Positions 13,906 through 27,285 are shown, numbered from the stretch's first letter. The stretch: 64,000 bases of DNA from Macrostomum hystrix (GCA_950097015.1 CATNEN010000038.1:16740001-16804000); one strand, 5' to 3'. Notes: a model not told the origin generated them from the letters alone. Made by a program: numbers and translations.

Positions 13906-14604
13906 TTTTCCCGAACGCACAGCTCATCATTTGTCGGCCTCCCTCGGCAAACGGGATTTGTAATACGAAATCCCATTATACCATTCCAATTCTATATCCT
14001 ACCCACGAACTAAATGTCGGAGTTTTTCTAAATGTCCGTCAGTCGGCAGTTGGCATCGCTCTATTAATAATATTATTTGTGTATTAAAAAGCTCACTAAT
14101 GTGCCCACTGGCCGTCGTTCGGTTTTCAAACTATTTCTTGCAGTTCAGAGCACGAAAATACGATAATGGGTCGCTGATTACGCCCAACGCCCTATCCCAG
14201 ATCCCTGATGAGATCCAAAATCTCATCCTCCCTAAAAAGATGGAATATACCGAATATTGGGAACGATTGCTGAGTTCACTATTACTGCATCCGCCCACAC
14301 ATTTCTAGCTATTAAGTGGCAATCAGTGTGTTCTGCGCAGACTTACCTCTGAGAATCAGTTATCCTAGCAAATTTCCACAACTGTCCCTGCGGGACAATA
14401 TAACTTTTTTTTCCTGTGGTTCTAATTTAGATTTGAAAACTCTTTTTTTCTACCCTTTTCGTAGTGAACTCGAAGATAAAGTACCTGCGACAGATTTGCA
14501 ACGTAAAATTACTCTTTCTATTTTATGAAAATAGTGTATTACACTATAGTGTAATTTTAAATGACAGACTGAAAGCGAAAATGCTTTAAACAGCAAAGCA
14601 CTGC

Positions 14605-15390
14605 TTTCCTCTGCTCTCTTCTACTATGCTCAAATCACCGCTCCTCTTATCTCATCTCCTCTCCTCTCTTCTCTCCTCTTTCCTCTCCTGTCTTCTCTCC
14701 TCTCCTCTCCTGTCTTCTATCCTCTCCTCTCCTGTCTTCTCTCCTCTCGTGTCTTCTCTCCTCTCCTGTCTTCTCTTATCTCTTATCTTGTCTTCTCTCC
14801 TCTCCTTTCGTATCTTCTCTCCTCTCCTCTCCTGCCTTCTCTCCTCTCCTCTCCTGTCTTCTCTCCTCTCCTTTCGTATCTTCTCTCCTCTCCTCTCCTG
14901 TCTTCTCTCCTCTCCTCTCCTGTCTTCTCTCCTCTCCTCTCCTGTCTTCTCTCCTCTCCTCTCCTGTCGTCTTCTCTTATCTCTTATCTGGTCTTCTCTC
15001 ATCTCCTCTCCTGTCTTCTCTCCTCTCTTATCTCTTATCCTATCATCTCTCCTCTCCTTTCGTGTCTTTTCTACTCTCCTCTCCTGTCTTCTCTTATCTC
15101 TTATCTTGTCTTCTCTCCTCTCCTTTCGTGTCTTCTCTCCTCTCCTCTCCTCTCGTGTCTTCTCTCCTCTCCTGTCTTCTATCCTCTCCTTTCGTGTCTT
15201 CTCTCCTCTCCTCTCCTCTCCTCTCCTCTCCTCTCCTCTCCTCTCCTCTCCTTTCCTCTCCTCTCCTCTCCTCTCCTCTCCTCTCCTCTCCTCTCCTCTC
15301 CTCTCCTCTCCTCTCCTCTCCTCTCCTCTCCTCTCCTCTCCTGTCTTCTCCTCTCTTCCATCCTCTGCTCTCCTATTCTCTCATCTGCTT
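14605..15390. repeat. Pyrimidine-rich (TCTCC)n-based simple repeat
   Basis: Pentamer TCTCC with TCTTC/TGTC variants, becoming a pure tract at about 15200-15340. Confidence 0.95.
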
Positions 15391-16149
15391 AATGGTAACT
15401 CTTTTAGCTTAATGTTCAATAGTGAAAACCGATTTCAACTAATCAAAACTACGCTGGTGTACGAGTATAAAAACCCCAAATGCTGTCAATCATCAAACAT
15501 ATCGGGAAGAGGTTACAAGAATAACTATGAATTGTGCGAGCCTAATTATAGTTCTTTATCTTTAGAGCAAGCCCAACTTCAAGATGAGCAAGGTTCTTCA
15601 ATTTAGTTTGAACCTCTATATATATAAGCTTGAAGTTTACCCCTGAGTGACACACAGCTTTCTTATTTGGGATTTAAATTGGCAGACATTCTTCTTACAA
15701 TAATATCGCCATGTACGACGCGATGCATTTGAATTAAGTCAAACCGAAGGATTTCTAATGACCGCTGATTTGGTCATGCCCTAATGAATCTCAGTTTTTT
15801 TGCAGTCGCAATCATCTTGTGCTCATCAAAAGACTTTCGCAATGCCCACGCTAACTTCTCAGAAAGCTAATTATTTTAGTTGAACAAAAAGTGCAGGTTG
15901 CCATAGCAACTGACCAACAGTATCATCGCCCTGATTAGTTTTATTTCAGACACAGCCGGTATAAAGCATGAAAATAATGCTCTTTTGATCACAATCACGA
16001 TCTTCTTGCCCGAATGACGTACCCCAGTGCTAAATGAGCTACACAGGTAAAGCTGCCGATGAGGCATAACTAACCAGCAGCTTCTCTTGTTTATTTCTGC
16101 AATGGTCTCGAATTTCAACAAAAGTGGTTCCGCAAAGCACGCCTGCCCT

Positions 16150-16244
16150 TCAGTATAAATAGATTAGGGACCGGGCTAGCACTGCCTGAAATTCTTTTTC
16201 TCCTTTGACTGACGAGGGTACCGGACCAAAGCTAATGATTCGGC

Positions 16245-16277
<33 letters not shown>

Positions 16278-16341
16278 GAGGCTTGCCGCTGACAAGCTCA
16301 TTTCGAAATAGACCATCTTACCGTACTGGGACATTGTAAGT
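16150..16341 (+). promoter_or_regulatory. Second putative promoter and first exon: TATAAATAG (16154), (CAG)10 at 16247-16276, donor ATT|GTAAGT (16335/16336)
   Basis: TATA box, then a short GC-richer segment, then a consensus donor. Inferred from motifs only. Confidence 0.4.
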
Positions 16342-16774
16342 GAAACTTGTCGTTTTGCACTGTCCAGATTCTTCAGGCCAAACCGACTCCGTATTATTTT
16401 CTTCGTGAATCCTGTCCAAGAAAAAATGGGAAATTTTTTAAAAGAGAAAGGACCTTAAGAAGGGCGGCGCTTAGCTTCCACTCCACATTCAGCGCATGCA
16501 TTGTATTAACAATTTTGACAAGGGAAAACTGTTGCAAGATAAATATTGACAGGCGAATAGCGTGGACAAACACGCCTTGCAGTTCGCTCGCTCCCCATCT
16601 CTCACTTTCAATCCACTTTCCTATTTCCTCTCGGGTGGAACTTGCTTGCGGTGGAACGACTCTCAACTGCTTTTAACTTTCTTTTAACCTAAAATTTGTA
16701 ATCACATTTTTTTGGAAGACTGAAAACCTATTTAGGCTCCTGCACCAATAAATTTAGCTCAACTGTTCACCACT

Positions 16775-19700
16775 TCTCTCCTCTCTCCACCCCTCTCATC
16801 GCATCTACTCTCCTCTCCTCTCCCCCTCCCCTCATATCCTGTCCTCTCCTGTCCTGTCCTCTCCTCTCCTTTCCTATCCTGTCCTCTCCTGTCCTCTCCT
16901 CTCCTGTCCTGTCTTCTCCTCTCCTCCCCTCTCCTCTCCTCTCCTGTCCTGTCCTGTCCTGTCCTCTCCTCTCCTGTCCTGTCCTCTCCTCTCCTGTCCT
17001 GTCCTCTCCTCTCGTGTCCTGTCCTCTCCTCTCCTCTCCTCTCCTCTCCTCTCCTCTCCTCTCCTCCCCTCTCCTCTCTCTTCTTCTCTCTCCAGTCCTG
17101 TCCTCTCCTCTCCTCTCCTCCCCTCTCCTCTCTCTTCTTCTCTCTCCAGTCCTGTCCTCTCCTGTCCTGTCCTGTCCTGTCCTGTCCTCTCCTGTCCTGT
17201 CCTGTCCTGTCCTGTCTTGTCCTATCCTGTCCTGTCGTGTCCTATCCTGTCTTGTCCTATCCTGTCCTGTCGTGTCCTGTCCTGCCCTGTCCTGTCCTGT
17301 CCTGTTCTGTCCTGTCCTCTCCTCTCCCCCCTCTCCTCTCCTGTCCTGTCCTGTCCTGTTCTCTCTTGTCCTGACCTGTCCTGTCCTGTCTTGTCATGTC
17401 GTGTCCTGTCCTGCCCTGTCCTGTCCTGTCCTTTCCCCTCATATCCTGCCCTCTCCTCTCCTCTCCTCTTCTCTTCTCCCCCTCTCCACTAACACCACGA
17501 CTCTCTAACCTGATTAATAATAAATTTTCGCTCACTTTTTAATTTAAAAAAATTCAGTAGTCCTACTGTTAGTAGTAGACTGCAAACCATTTTTCGATGA
17601 ATCTTTCGAATCAGAGTCTAAACAGATTTTTTAAATACAATTCAAGATTCCAATGTGCGCAAAGCAGAGGTAAATTTGCCAAAAAATTTTCTCTTTTAAA
17701 TTGCTTCAGGCACTGCAAACCAAAAAAAACGTCTACAGCCAACTCAATTTGTCCCTAAATCTGTGTTAACACAGTCAGGAAAGTCGACCTTTTTTCTTGA
17801 AATCGCCGGAACAGGATGAGGCAGCGATGCAAGTAACCCTCGATCCAAAAGACAATTGGCAAAGAAAAATCTTCATGATATTTTTCTTCAGCTGAGCCAT
17901 GTAGCACCAATTAGCCTGAGTAGCTTTGAGCTCTGAAATATTGGTTGAGCAGTTAGCCATCTGCAGCTGCGGCCAAAGAACTCGAGTTTACTGAAGAATG
18001 GGTACAGTGTGCGGCTGATATGCCAAGAATAAGGATTTTTATCGAAACAGAGCATTTCAGAATGCTTTCGTTTATTATACCAGCTAACATATATTGTCTG
18101 CGCTTGCATGACTCATGACCCGTTCGCCTCTCCTCTCCTCTCCTCTCCTCTCCTCTCCTCTCCTCTCCTCTCCTCTCCTCTCCTCTCCTGTCCTCTCCTG
18201 TCCTGTCCTGTCCTGTCCTGTCCTGTCCTCTCCTCTCCTCTCCTCTCCTCTCCTCTCCTCTCCTCTCCTCTCCTCTCCTCTCCTCTCCTCTCCTCTCCTC
18301 TCCTCTCCTCTCCTCTCCTCTCCTCTCCTCTCCTCTCCTCTCTTGTCCTCTCCTCTCCTCTCCTCTCCTCTCCTCTTCTCTCATATCCTCTCCTGTCCTG
18401 TCCTGTCGCTCCTGTCCAGTCGTGTCCTGTCCTGTCCTGTCCTGTCCTGTCCTCTCCTGTCCTCTCCTGTCCTCTCCTCTTCTCTCCTCTCCTGTCCTCT
18501 CCTCTTCTCTCCTCTCCTCTCCTCTCCTCTCCTCTCCTCTCCTCTCCTCTCCTCTCCTCTCCTCTCCTCTCCTCTCCTCTCCTCTCCTCTCCTCTCCTCT
18601 CCTCTCCTCTCCTCTCCTCTCCTCTCCTCTCCTGTCCTCTCCTGTCCTGTCCTGTCCTGTCCTGTCCTGTCCTGTCCTCTCCTCTCCTCTCCTCTCCTCT
18701 CCTCTCCTCTCCTCTCCTCTCCTCCCCTCTCCTCTCTCTTCTTCTCTCTCCAGTCCTGTCCTCTCCTCTCCTCTCCTCCCCTCTCCTCTCTCTTCTTCTC
18801 TCTCCAGTCCTGTCCTCTCCTGTCCTGTCCTGTCCTGTCCTGTCCTCTCCTGTCCTGTCCTGTCCTGTCCTGTCTTGTCCTATCCTGTCCTGTCGTGTCC
18901 TATCCTGTCTTGTCCTATCCTGTCCTGTCGTGTCCTGTCCTGCCCTGTCCTGTCCTGTCCTGTTCTGTCCTGTCCTCTCCTCTCCCCCCTCTCCTCTCCT
19001 GTCCTGTCCTGTCCTGTTCTCTCTTGTCCTGACCTGTCCTGTCCTGTCTTGTCATGTCGTGTCCTGTCCTGCCCTGTCCTGTCCTGTCCTTTCCCCTCAT
19101 ATCCTGCCCTCTCCTCTCCTCTCCTCTTCTCTTCTCCCCCTCTCCACTAACACCACGACTCTCTAACCTGATTAATAATAAATTTTCGCTCACTTTTTAA
19201 TTTAAAAAAATTCAGTAGTCCTACTGTTAGTAGTAGACTGCAAACCATTTTTCGATGAATCTTTCGAATCAGAGTCTAAACAGATTTTTTAAATACAATT
19301 CAAGATTCCAATGTGCGCAAAGCAGAGGTAAATTTGCCAAAAAATTTTCTCTTTTAAATTGCTTCAGGCACTGCAAACCAAAAAAAACGTCTACAGCCAA
19401 CTCAATTTGTCCCTAAATCTGTGTTAACACAGTCAGGAAAGTCGACCTTTTTTCTTGAAATCGCCGGAACAGGATGAGGCAGCGATGCAAGTAACCCTCG
19501 ATCCAAAAGACAATTGGCAAAGAAAAATCTTCATGATATTTTTCTTCAGCTGAGCCATGTAGCACCAATTAGCCTGAGTAGCTTTGAGCTCTGAAATATT
19601 GGTTGAGCAGTTAGCCATCTGCAGCTGCGGCCAAAGAACTCGAGTTTACTGAAGAATGGGTACAGTGTGCGGCTGATATGCCAAGAATAAGGATTTTTAT

Positions 19701-20870
19701 CGAAACAGAGCATTTCAGAATGCTTTCGTTTATTATACCAGCTAACATATATTGTCTGCGCTTGCATGACTCATGACCCGTTCGCCTCTCCTCTCCTCTC
19801 CTCTCCTCTCCTCTCCTCTCCTCTCCTCTCCTCTCCTCTCCTCTCCTGTCCTCTCCTGTCCTGTCCTGTCCTGTCCTGTCCTGTCCTCTCCTCTCCTCTC
19901 CTCTCCTCTCCTCTCCTCTCCTCTCCTCTCCTCTCCTCTCCTCTCCTCTCCTCTCCTCTCCTCTCCTCTCCTCTCCTCTCCTCTCCTCTCCTCTCCTCTC
20001 TTGTCCTCTCCTCTCCTCTCCTCTCCTCTCCTCTTCTCTCATATCCTCTCCTGTCCTGTCCTGTCGCTCCTGTCCAGTCGTGTCCTGTCCTGTCCTGTCC
20101 TGTCCTGTCCTCTCCTGTCCTCTCCTGTCCTCTCCTCTTCTCTCCTCTCCTGTCCTCTCCTCTTCTCTCCTCTCCTCTCCTCTCCTCTCCTCTCCTCTCC
20201 TCTCCTCTCCTCTCCTCTCCTCTCCTCTCCTCTCCTCTCCTCTCCTCTCCTCTCCTCTCCTCTCCTCTCCTCTCCTCTCCTCTCCTCTCCTGTCCTCTCC
20301 TGTCCTGTCCTGTCCTGTCCTGTCCTGTCCTGTCCTCTCCTCTCCTCTCCTCTCCTCTCCTCTCCTCTCCTCTCCTCTCCTCTCCTCTCCTCTCCTCTAC
20401 TCTCCTCTCCTCTCCTCTCCTCTCCTCTCCTCTCCTCTCCTCTCCTCTCCTCTCCTCTCCTCTCCTCTCCTCTCCTCTCCTCTCCTCTCCTCTCCTCTCC
20501 TCTCCTCTCCTCTCCTCTCCTCTCCTCTCCTCTCCTCTCCTCTCCTCTCCTGTCCTGTCCTGTCCTGTCCTCTCCTCTCCTCTTCTCTCCTCTCCTCTCC
20601 TCTCCTCTCCTCTCCTCTCCTCTCCTCTCCTCTCCTCTCCTCTCCTCTCCTGTCCTGTCCTGTCCTCTCCTCTCCTCTCCTCTCCTCTCCTCTCCTCTCC
20701 TCTCCTCTCCTCTCCTCTCCTCTCCTCTCCTCTCCTCTTCTCTCCTATCCTCTCCTGTCCTGTCCTGTCCTGTCCTGTCCTCTCCTGTCCTCTCCTGTCC
20801 TGTCCTGTCCTGTCCTGTCCTGTTCTCTCATCTCTCCTCTTCTTTCTTCTCCTCTCCTCTCCTCCCATAA
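16775..20870. repeat. (TCTCC/TGTCC)n tracts (16775-17490, 18127-19145, 19785-20870) containing a 1658-bp direct tandem duplication
   Basis: The unique spacer 17488-18126 is repeated at 19146-19784. Identical ORFs recur at a 1658-bp offset (17775/19433, 17888/19546). Confidence 0.95.
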
Positions 20871-21375
20871 TCTCGCATCTTCCAGCCTTCATATTTTTAC
20901 AAAGCCAATCAAGAAGGTGAGCTAGTTAAAGACCGAGTATTAACAGTTTTCCCTGCAGGTTAAAGAAGGCGTCAAGCTGAGCACTGCAGCCCCTCTCTTG
21001 GCCAAACAATCTTCTCAGCTTCAAATACCGTCTCCATTTATTCTACCAGCTAACTCCCGCGGGTAATTTGATCTCAACTTAGCCTTGCTCAATCTCCTAT
21101 TTCAGCCACTCGCTCTCACACTCTCTCTCGTCTTCTCCTCTTCTAGTCTTTTTTCTGCTCCCTTACCGTGATGATCAAGCTCAAAACAGACTGCTTTGGT
21201 ATTGGCACTGTTAACTGATTGCCAACAAGTTTAGAGTCCGAAGTGCTGACAACAGTGAGATTCAGCCGCCTGAAATAGCTGGCCAACAAGGCTAGCTGAC
21301 TTGCTGAGATCTGAGCCTGAGCTAACTCGGTGAGGCTTTTAACTATTTTTAACCTTAAGTGTGCTGAGTGCACCC

Positions 21376-22192
21376 ACTGGCAATTTTCCTAATCCTACAA
21401 TATCTCATTCTCCCAATCCTTCAGCTTCCCATTCTCCCAATCCTTCAGCTTCCCATTCTCCCAACCCTTCAATATCCCATTCTCCCAATCCTTCAGCTTC
21501 CCATTCTACCAATCCTTCAGCTTCCCATTCTCCTAATCCTTCAGCTTCCCATTCTCCCAATCCTTAAGCTCCCCATTCTCCCAATCCTTCAGCTTCACAT
21601 TCTCCTAACCCTTCAGCTTCCCATTCTCCCAATCCTTCAGCTTCACATTCTCCCAATCCTTCAGCTTCACATTCTCCTAACCCTTCAGCTTCACATTCTC
21701 CCAATCCTTCAGCTTCCCATTCTCCCAATCCTTCAGCTTCCCATTCTCCCAATCCTTCAGCTTCCCATTCTCCTAACCCTTCAGCTTCCCATTCTCCCAA
21801 TCCTTCAGCTTCCCATTCTCCCAATCCTTCAGCTTCACATTCTCCTAACCCTTCAGCTTCACATTCTCCCAATCCTTCAGCTTCCCATTCTCCCAATCAT
21901 TCAGCTTCACATTCTCCTAACCCTTCAGCTTCCCATTCTCCCAATCCTTCAGCTTCCCATTCTCCCAATCCTTCAGCTTCTCATTCTCCCAATCCTTCAG
22001 CTTCTCATTCTCCCAATCCTTCAGCTTCACATTCTCCCAATCCTTCAGCTTCCCATTCTCCCAATCCTTCAGCTTCCCATTCTCCCAATCCTTCAGCTTC
22101 CCATTCTCCCAATCCTTCAGCTTCTCATTCTCCCAATCCTTCAGCTTCCCATTCTCCCAATCCTTCAGCTTCCCATTCTTCGAATCCTTCAG
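21376..22192. repeat. 24-bp minisatellite CCCATTCTCCCAATCCTTCAGCTT, about 33 copies
   Basis: Clear 24-bp period, giving the spurious LPILPILQ repeat ORF. Confidence 0.95.
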
Positions 22193-22920
22193 GCTGTCAA
22201 CGTATTTAAGTAATATTCTTCATAATTCCTAGCCAATAGTTCCATCCCTTAAAAAATCACGTGCTAACTTTGCGGGTTCCTAATTGGTCCAGACAATCTT
22301 TCATCCCTACATGGGAAATAGGGGATATTTAAAAATGGAAGCACGTTGTTATAGAAAGCAAATTTTTGGATTTACAGAAGAGTTTCATTAGGCATGAAAT
22401 TGCCATCATCAAACAAATTGAATTATCGTGATTATTTAAGAAATTGAAATCGTTGAACAAAAATGTACAGAGGCCACAGAACAAGGTAAGGTTGGCCTTA
22501 AAAAATGACCGTTTTCTGCCATAGAGATACGCTTCCATCTTTAAGACGAAATAGATAGATAGGCTTGTTACTGTAGGTCTAACACTGAGCGTGCAATTTT
22601 AACAGCATGGCAACAATAAACTATTTTTATTATCCCAGGGTGAATTTTGGCCGCATCCCACTGGGCATGAAGATATCGGGACCCCAAGAACCACATAAAA
22701 ATCACCTCCTAGATGCAATGTTTATGAAAAGAATGACTGCGATTTTTACTGAGGAATATTGTGAAGTAGAATAATGTTCTTGCTGATACGTCTAATTAAC
22801 TGGTGTAGATAATCATTGCAACATTCTGCTCTGGTTCGCACCAAGGAAAACATTATTGAAGAAGGTTATGACGCTTAAAAAATTCCACTTAAAATAATCA
22901 TGTCGGAACCGGTACAGTTT

Positions 22921-23698
22921 TGGTGTCAGAGAAATAATCTATGGGACTAGTTGGGTACAGGTGAGAGGTGTCAGAGAAATCATATTTGGGACTAGTTGGG
23001 TACAGGTGAGGTGTCAGAGAACGCATCTATGGGACTAGTTGGGTACAGGTGAGGTGTCAGAGAACGAATCTATGGGACTAGTTGGGTACAGGTGAGGTGT
23101 CAGAGAATGCATCTATCGGACTAGTCGGGTACAGGTGAGGTGTCAGAGAACGAATCTATGGGACTAGTTGGGTACAGGTGAGGTGTCAGAGAACGAATCT
23201 ATGGGACTAGTTGGGTACAGGTGAGGTGTCAGAGAACGAATCTATGGGACTAGTTGGGTACAGGTGAGGTGTCAGAGAACGAATCTATGGGACTAGTTGA
23301 GTACAGGTGAGGTGTCAGAGAAATCATATTTGGTACTGGTTGGGTACAGGTGAGGTGTCAGAGAAATCATCTATGGGACTAGTTTGGGTACAGGTGAGGT
23401 GTCAGAGAACGCATCTATGGGACTAGTTGGGTACAGGTGAGGTGTCAGAGAACGAATCTATGGGACTAGTTGGGTACAGGTGAGGTGTCAGAGAAATCAT
23501 ATTTGGTACTGGTTGGGTACAGGTGAGGTGTCAGAGAAATCATATTTGGGACTAGTTGGGCACAGGTGAGGTGTCAGAGAACGCATCTATCGGACTAGTC
23601 CGGTACAGGTGAGGTGTCAGAGAAATCATCCATGGGACTAGTTGGGTACAGGTGAGGTGTCAGAGAACACATCTATGGGACTAGTCGAATCTATGGGT
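22921..23698. repeat. 43-bp minisatellite GGTGTCAGAGAACGAATCTATGGGACTAGTTGGGTACAGGTGA, about 18 copies
   Basis: Period 43 (GTGTCAGAG at 23011 and 23054), with a variable middle segment. Confidence 0.95.
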
Positions 23699-24754
23699 TT
23701 GGAGTGTGGTGTTGGTAAGAAACATTACTAAAGGTTATAACCATAAAGGATCCAGGTTTAAAAAGTTTTGCTTTAAGTGTTTTTTATTTTTCTATTTATT
23801 TAAGGACAATAACCAACTAGAACCGGTAACAAATACCTATTGATTACTGGCTTGCATACCATTCATTATCTTTCAGTAAAGAAACTATGAAAGCCTTAAA
23901 AGTACTTTACTGACTGGTGATTGTAATGCAAATCTTTGAACGATCGTTAAATCAACTGAAAGGCGAGCAATGTTATAAAATTTATAAGTTACATTTTGCT
24001 TTAAGTGATTGACTTCTTTGAGGAATTAATGTTTATTGTGGTCAGCTCTGTTAAATTATGCATAGTAACTCTAAAGTACATTTTCTGGAGACAATTCGAT
24101 AGCATTTTACTCGCAACTTGATTGACTCGCTACAGATTTTCGGATTGAGCAGATTTTCAAAATGGATATGTCCTGTTTAATTCAAATCAATTCAATTGAT
24201 ATTTGATTTGCGTTTAGTTATAGTTTAATCAGATCAAGAGTTTCCAAAAAGAACGTAAATTCATCGTTCATGCTAACATAAAGAACTGTACTATTGATAC
24301 TACTAGTACTATTATTTAATTCTGCAATACTAATTTTTAGTTATTGTACTGGTAGATCGTTGTAGCTCATTTAGAGCTTCAACTCCTCGACAGTACAAAA
24401 GACGCCTATTTCCCTCCACTGCATACTTCACGATGACAGTCCACCAATGAACTGACTTTCAAAGCCGCCTGACGTCAGCATCGTCGAGATATTCAAATTT
24501 TTTGTCGAAGACCCTGGTGACAAGGAAAACTAACTGTACTCTTTATTAACTTCAAATCCATATAATCAATAAAATCAAATCAAATATAACAGCCGGCATT
24601 GTTCAGTGATGAAATTTAATGAGTAGAAAGTTATGCCTATGTTGATGGTTTTTGCCACCAGACACCACGACGAGAATCGTTGAACATCTCGCCCATGCTG
24701 ATGTTTTGTGATTCTAGAAGATTCCATGGATTTTCATAGCGACGTGCATGAATA

Positions 24755-26118
24755 CTACGGGTGTGTCATAAGTAATGTCACTGTGGTTGTTGTGCGGGAA
24801 CCCAAAGCAATAATCATCCAAATATATTATATTCTGAAAGTACATTTATTGAGAAGTTGCCACCACACCTGAGCAGCAATTTTAATGTCTATGGCCAAAA
24901 CTGTCGCAAGAATTTGTTAATCAGATTTAGCAAGCGCAACGCGATGAAATCTTCTTTTTGCAACGAGCAAAACTCAACATGAATCACGACAAGACGCACA
25001 TCCAGTTCTACGCTTTCATTCGCTTCAAGCTTGGAAAATCTGCACTTGAAGTAGAGGAGGATCTCCGGAACACACTGCCAGACAACTGCCCAACTCGCAG
25101 GACAATTTACAGGTGGTTTCAGAACTTTACTGATCCTGGGTTCGAATTGGGAGATGCCGCCAGATCTGGACGACCATGTTCAACCAGGACAATAGAGAAA
25201 ATCGAAGTCATCAGCGACCTGGTCAAGGAAGACCCGCGGCAGTCTGTCAGGGAGCTAGCGGACTGCTTGGAGATTGATTTCAAGACAGTCCATCGCATCT
25301 TGACAGAGGATCTCCATCTCCGAAACGTCTGCTCGGTCTGGGTGCCCCATGACCTCACTGCGGACCAACGTCAGGCCCGTGTGAACTGCGCCAATCAGAT
25401 CCGCAAGGTGTTCAGCAGCCGGGGCTTGGATGACATCCTAAACTGCCTGGTTGTTGAGGATGAGACCTGGCTCCACCTGGATGGCAAAAGCAGCAAGGCA
25501 GACAATCGCTGCTGGCTGGGAGCTGGGGACTCCAGGCTGACTGTGACCAGGAGGTCCATCTCAGACAAGAAGACCATGCTGCTGGTGGCATTCACGCCAA
25601 ACAAACGAGTCTCCATCTGTACAACTCCGCCAAACACCAAGGTCGATGGCCAGTACTTCATCGACTTTGTCCGACACACTGGGAACCTCTGGCGCACGCT
25701 CCGGTCAAACCCGATTCACCTGAACGAAGTTCTGTGGCAGATGGACAACGCACGGCCCCACACCTGTCAGGCTGTTTCGGATTTTCTGGCTGGACGGCGA
25801 GTAAATCTGCTCTGGCAGAGTCCCTACAGCCCAGACTTCAACTTGTGCGACAGGTTTCTCTTTAAATGGCTAAAGGCAGACTTTTCCCAGAGAAGTTTCG
25901 CAAACCATGATGAGGTCAAAGAAGCCGCGTTTCATGCACTGGTTCCGACAGCTGGAGGAAAAACACCTGCAGGCTGAGGTAGAGAAGCTGTACGAGCACT
26001 GCCAGAGGGTGATTGATATTGGGGGACACTATGTTGTTGATTGATACAGTTTCGTTCATCTGCGATTGTTAGTTGGTCTGTTTTACCCTCAGTGACATTA
26101 CTTATGACACACCCGAAG
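24755..26118 (+). mobile_element. Mariner (DD34D) DNA transposon, full length, about 1.36 kb
   Basis: 28-29-bp TIRs CT(A/T)CGGGTGTGTCATAAGTAATGTCACTG at 24755-24783 and 26090-26118, flanked by TA on both sides, with an internal transposase. Confidence 0.95.
24979..26044 (+). pseudogene. Mariner transposase with a +1 frameshift near 25930
   Basis: Contains the HTH region, WVPHDL, DETW, DNARPH and YSPDFNLCD (34 residues between the second and third Asp). Removing one T at about 25930 restores ...HWFRQLEEKHLQAEVEKLYEHCQRVIDIGGHYVVD*, a typical mariner C-terminus. Confidence 0.88.
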
Positions 26119-26502
26119 TATTTTGTGAGCTACAGAAAAAATTAGAATGTGAGTACTTAAAATCGCCCCGCCGCGTGGTCTTCTTTCTACCGTCAAGAAC
26201 TCTGAACGCAGCCATCAGATGTGCTGCGCAAAAGTTGCGAAAGTACCACTGACTGAAATCTAACTGAGTTCACTTACTTAAGTATCATTTTTAAATAATC
26301 GTAAGAAAATTATAAAACAAGGCACGAAAAAATATTCAAATGAGGCAGAGAGTATTGCAGTGACTTTTTCAGAACCCGACGCATTGGCTTGGCAAGAACT
26401 GCAAGGCGAGGTCAATTTTAGTCTTTCATACTCGTAGAATTAAATTAACGGTCATCGCTTTGATTTCAACTGTGGCGACAAATTAAACGACAAATATGTG
26501 TC

Positions 26503-26836
26503 GGGGGTCGGTGGCAGAACGGTTAACGAGTTTGCCTCTCGTACCACGGTCCCTAAATTCGATACCGCGGCGAGGCTACATTCATTTGGGGGCTTGGGGG
26601 CTTGTCGTGCAATTTACGCCCTTGAGGGCTAACCTACAAGGCACAGTGAAAGTGTACACTGCCTGACAATGAGAAAGTCAAGGGCAGTTGTAAACACCTG
26701 TGTGAGCGTGTGCCTGCGTACGGTATCTGTGTGTGTGTGTGTGCTCAGGAGTCAGCGAAATGGGCAGAATTGCCACCACGCTGGTTGCGGGTCTAGTGTC
26801 ACCAAATTATGTGCCATTGCCCGCAGCCCTCCTGCA

Positions 26837-26869
<33 letters not shown>

Positions 26870-26895
26870 GTTATTATCATTATTTTTATTATTAT
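26503..26895 (+). mobile_element. SINE family A, full-length with (ATT)n tail
   Basis: tRNA-like head GGGGGTCGGTGGCAGAACGGTT, conserved body and ATT microsatellite tail. Confidence 0.85.
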
Positions 26896-27285
26896 TCCCT
26901 ATTTTGAAGCCTGTAAAAATTCTCTCCTAGCGTGCTACTTGAAGAGGCCAGGGAATGAGGATATTGTGGATGTGCTGAGGAAGTGACAGTTGTCGGATGC
27001 GGTGTCTGCGACTTACAAATCCGTTCTCTAAACATGTGAGACAAGAGTAGTTAATCCTTGAGCTTTAGAGTTGAAGGGCTGGAATTCAGTTGGAAAAATG
27101 ATAACTACTTTCGATTCCTGTCCAATAAGGAATGACGAATGCTTCCTCAGAAACTCGTGAGTAGTTCAACTCAAGTGTAAGAGGTCGTGAGATCGAAGCC
27201 TGGCAGAATTGCCTCCTCGATCGCAGGCTGCAGGTCTAGTGGCACCAAATGATGTGCCATTGCCCGCAGCCCTCCTGCAATTATT

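Noticed and set aside
14626-22213. Long ORFs (SSPLL, EERRG, SCPVL, LPILPILQ repeats)
   Set aside because: These are translations of stop-free simple repeats, open in several frames, with no domain signal.
22921-23698. Repeat/spacer array with a variable middle segment
   Set aside because: The variable part is only a few recurring point variants of one sequence, not unique spacers.
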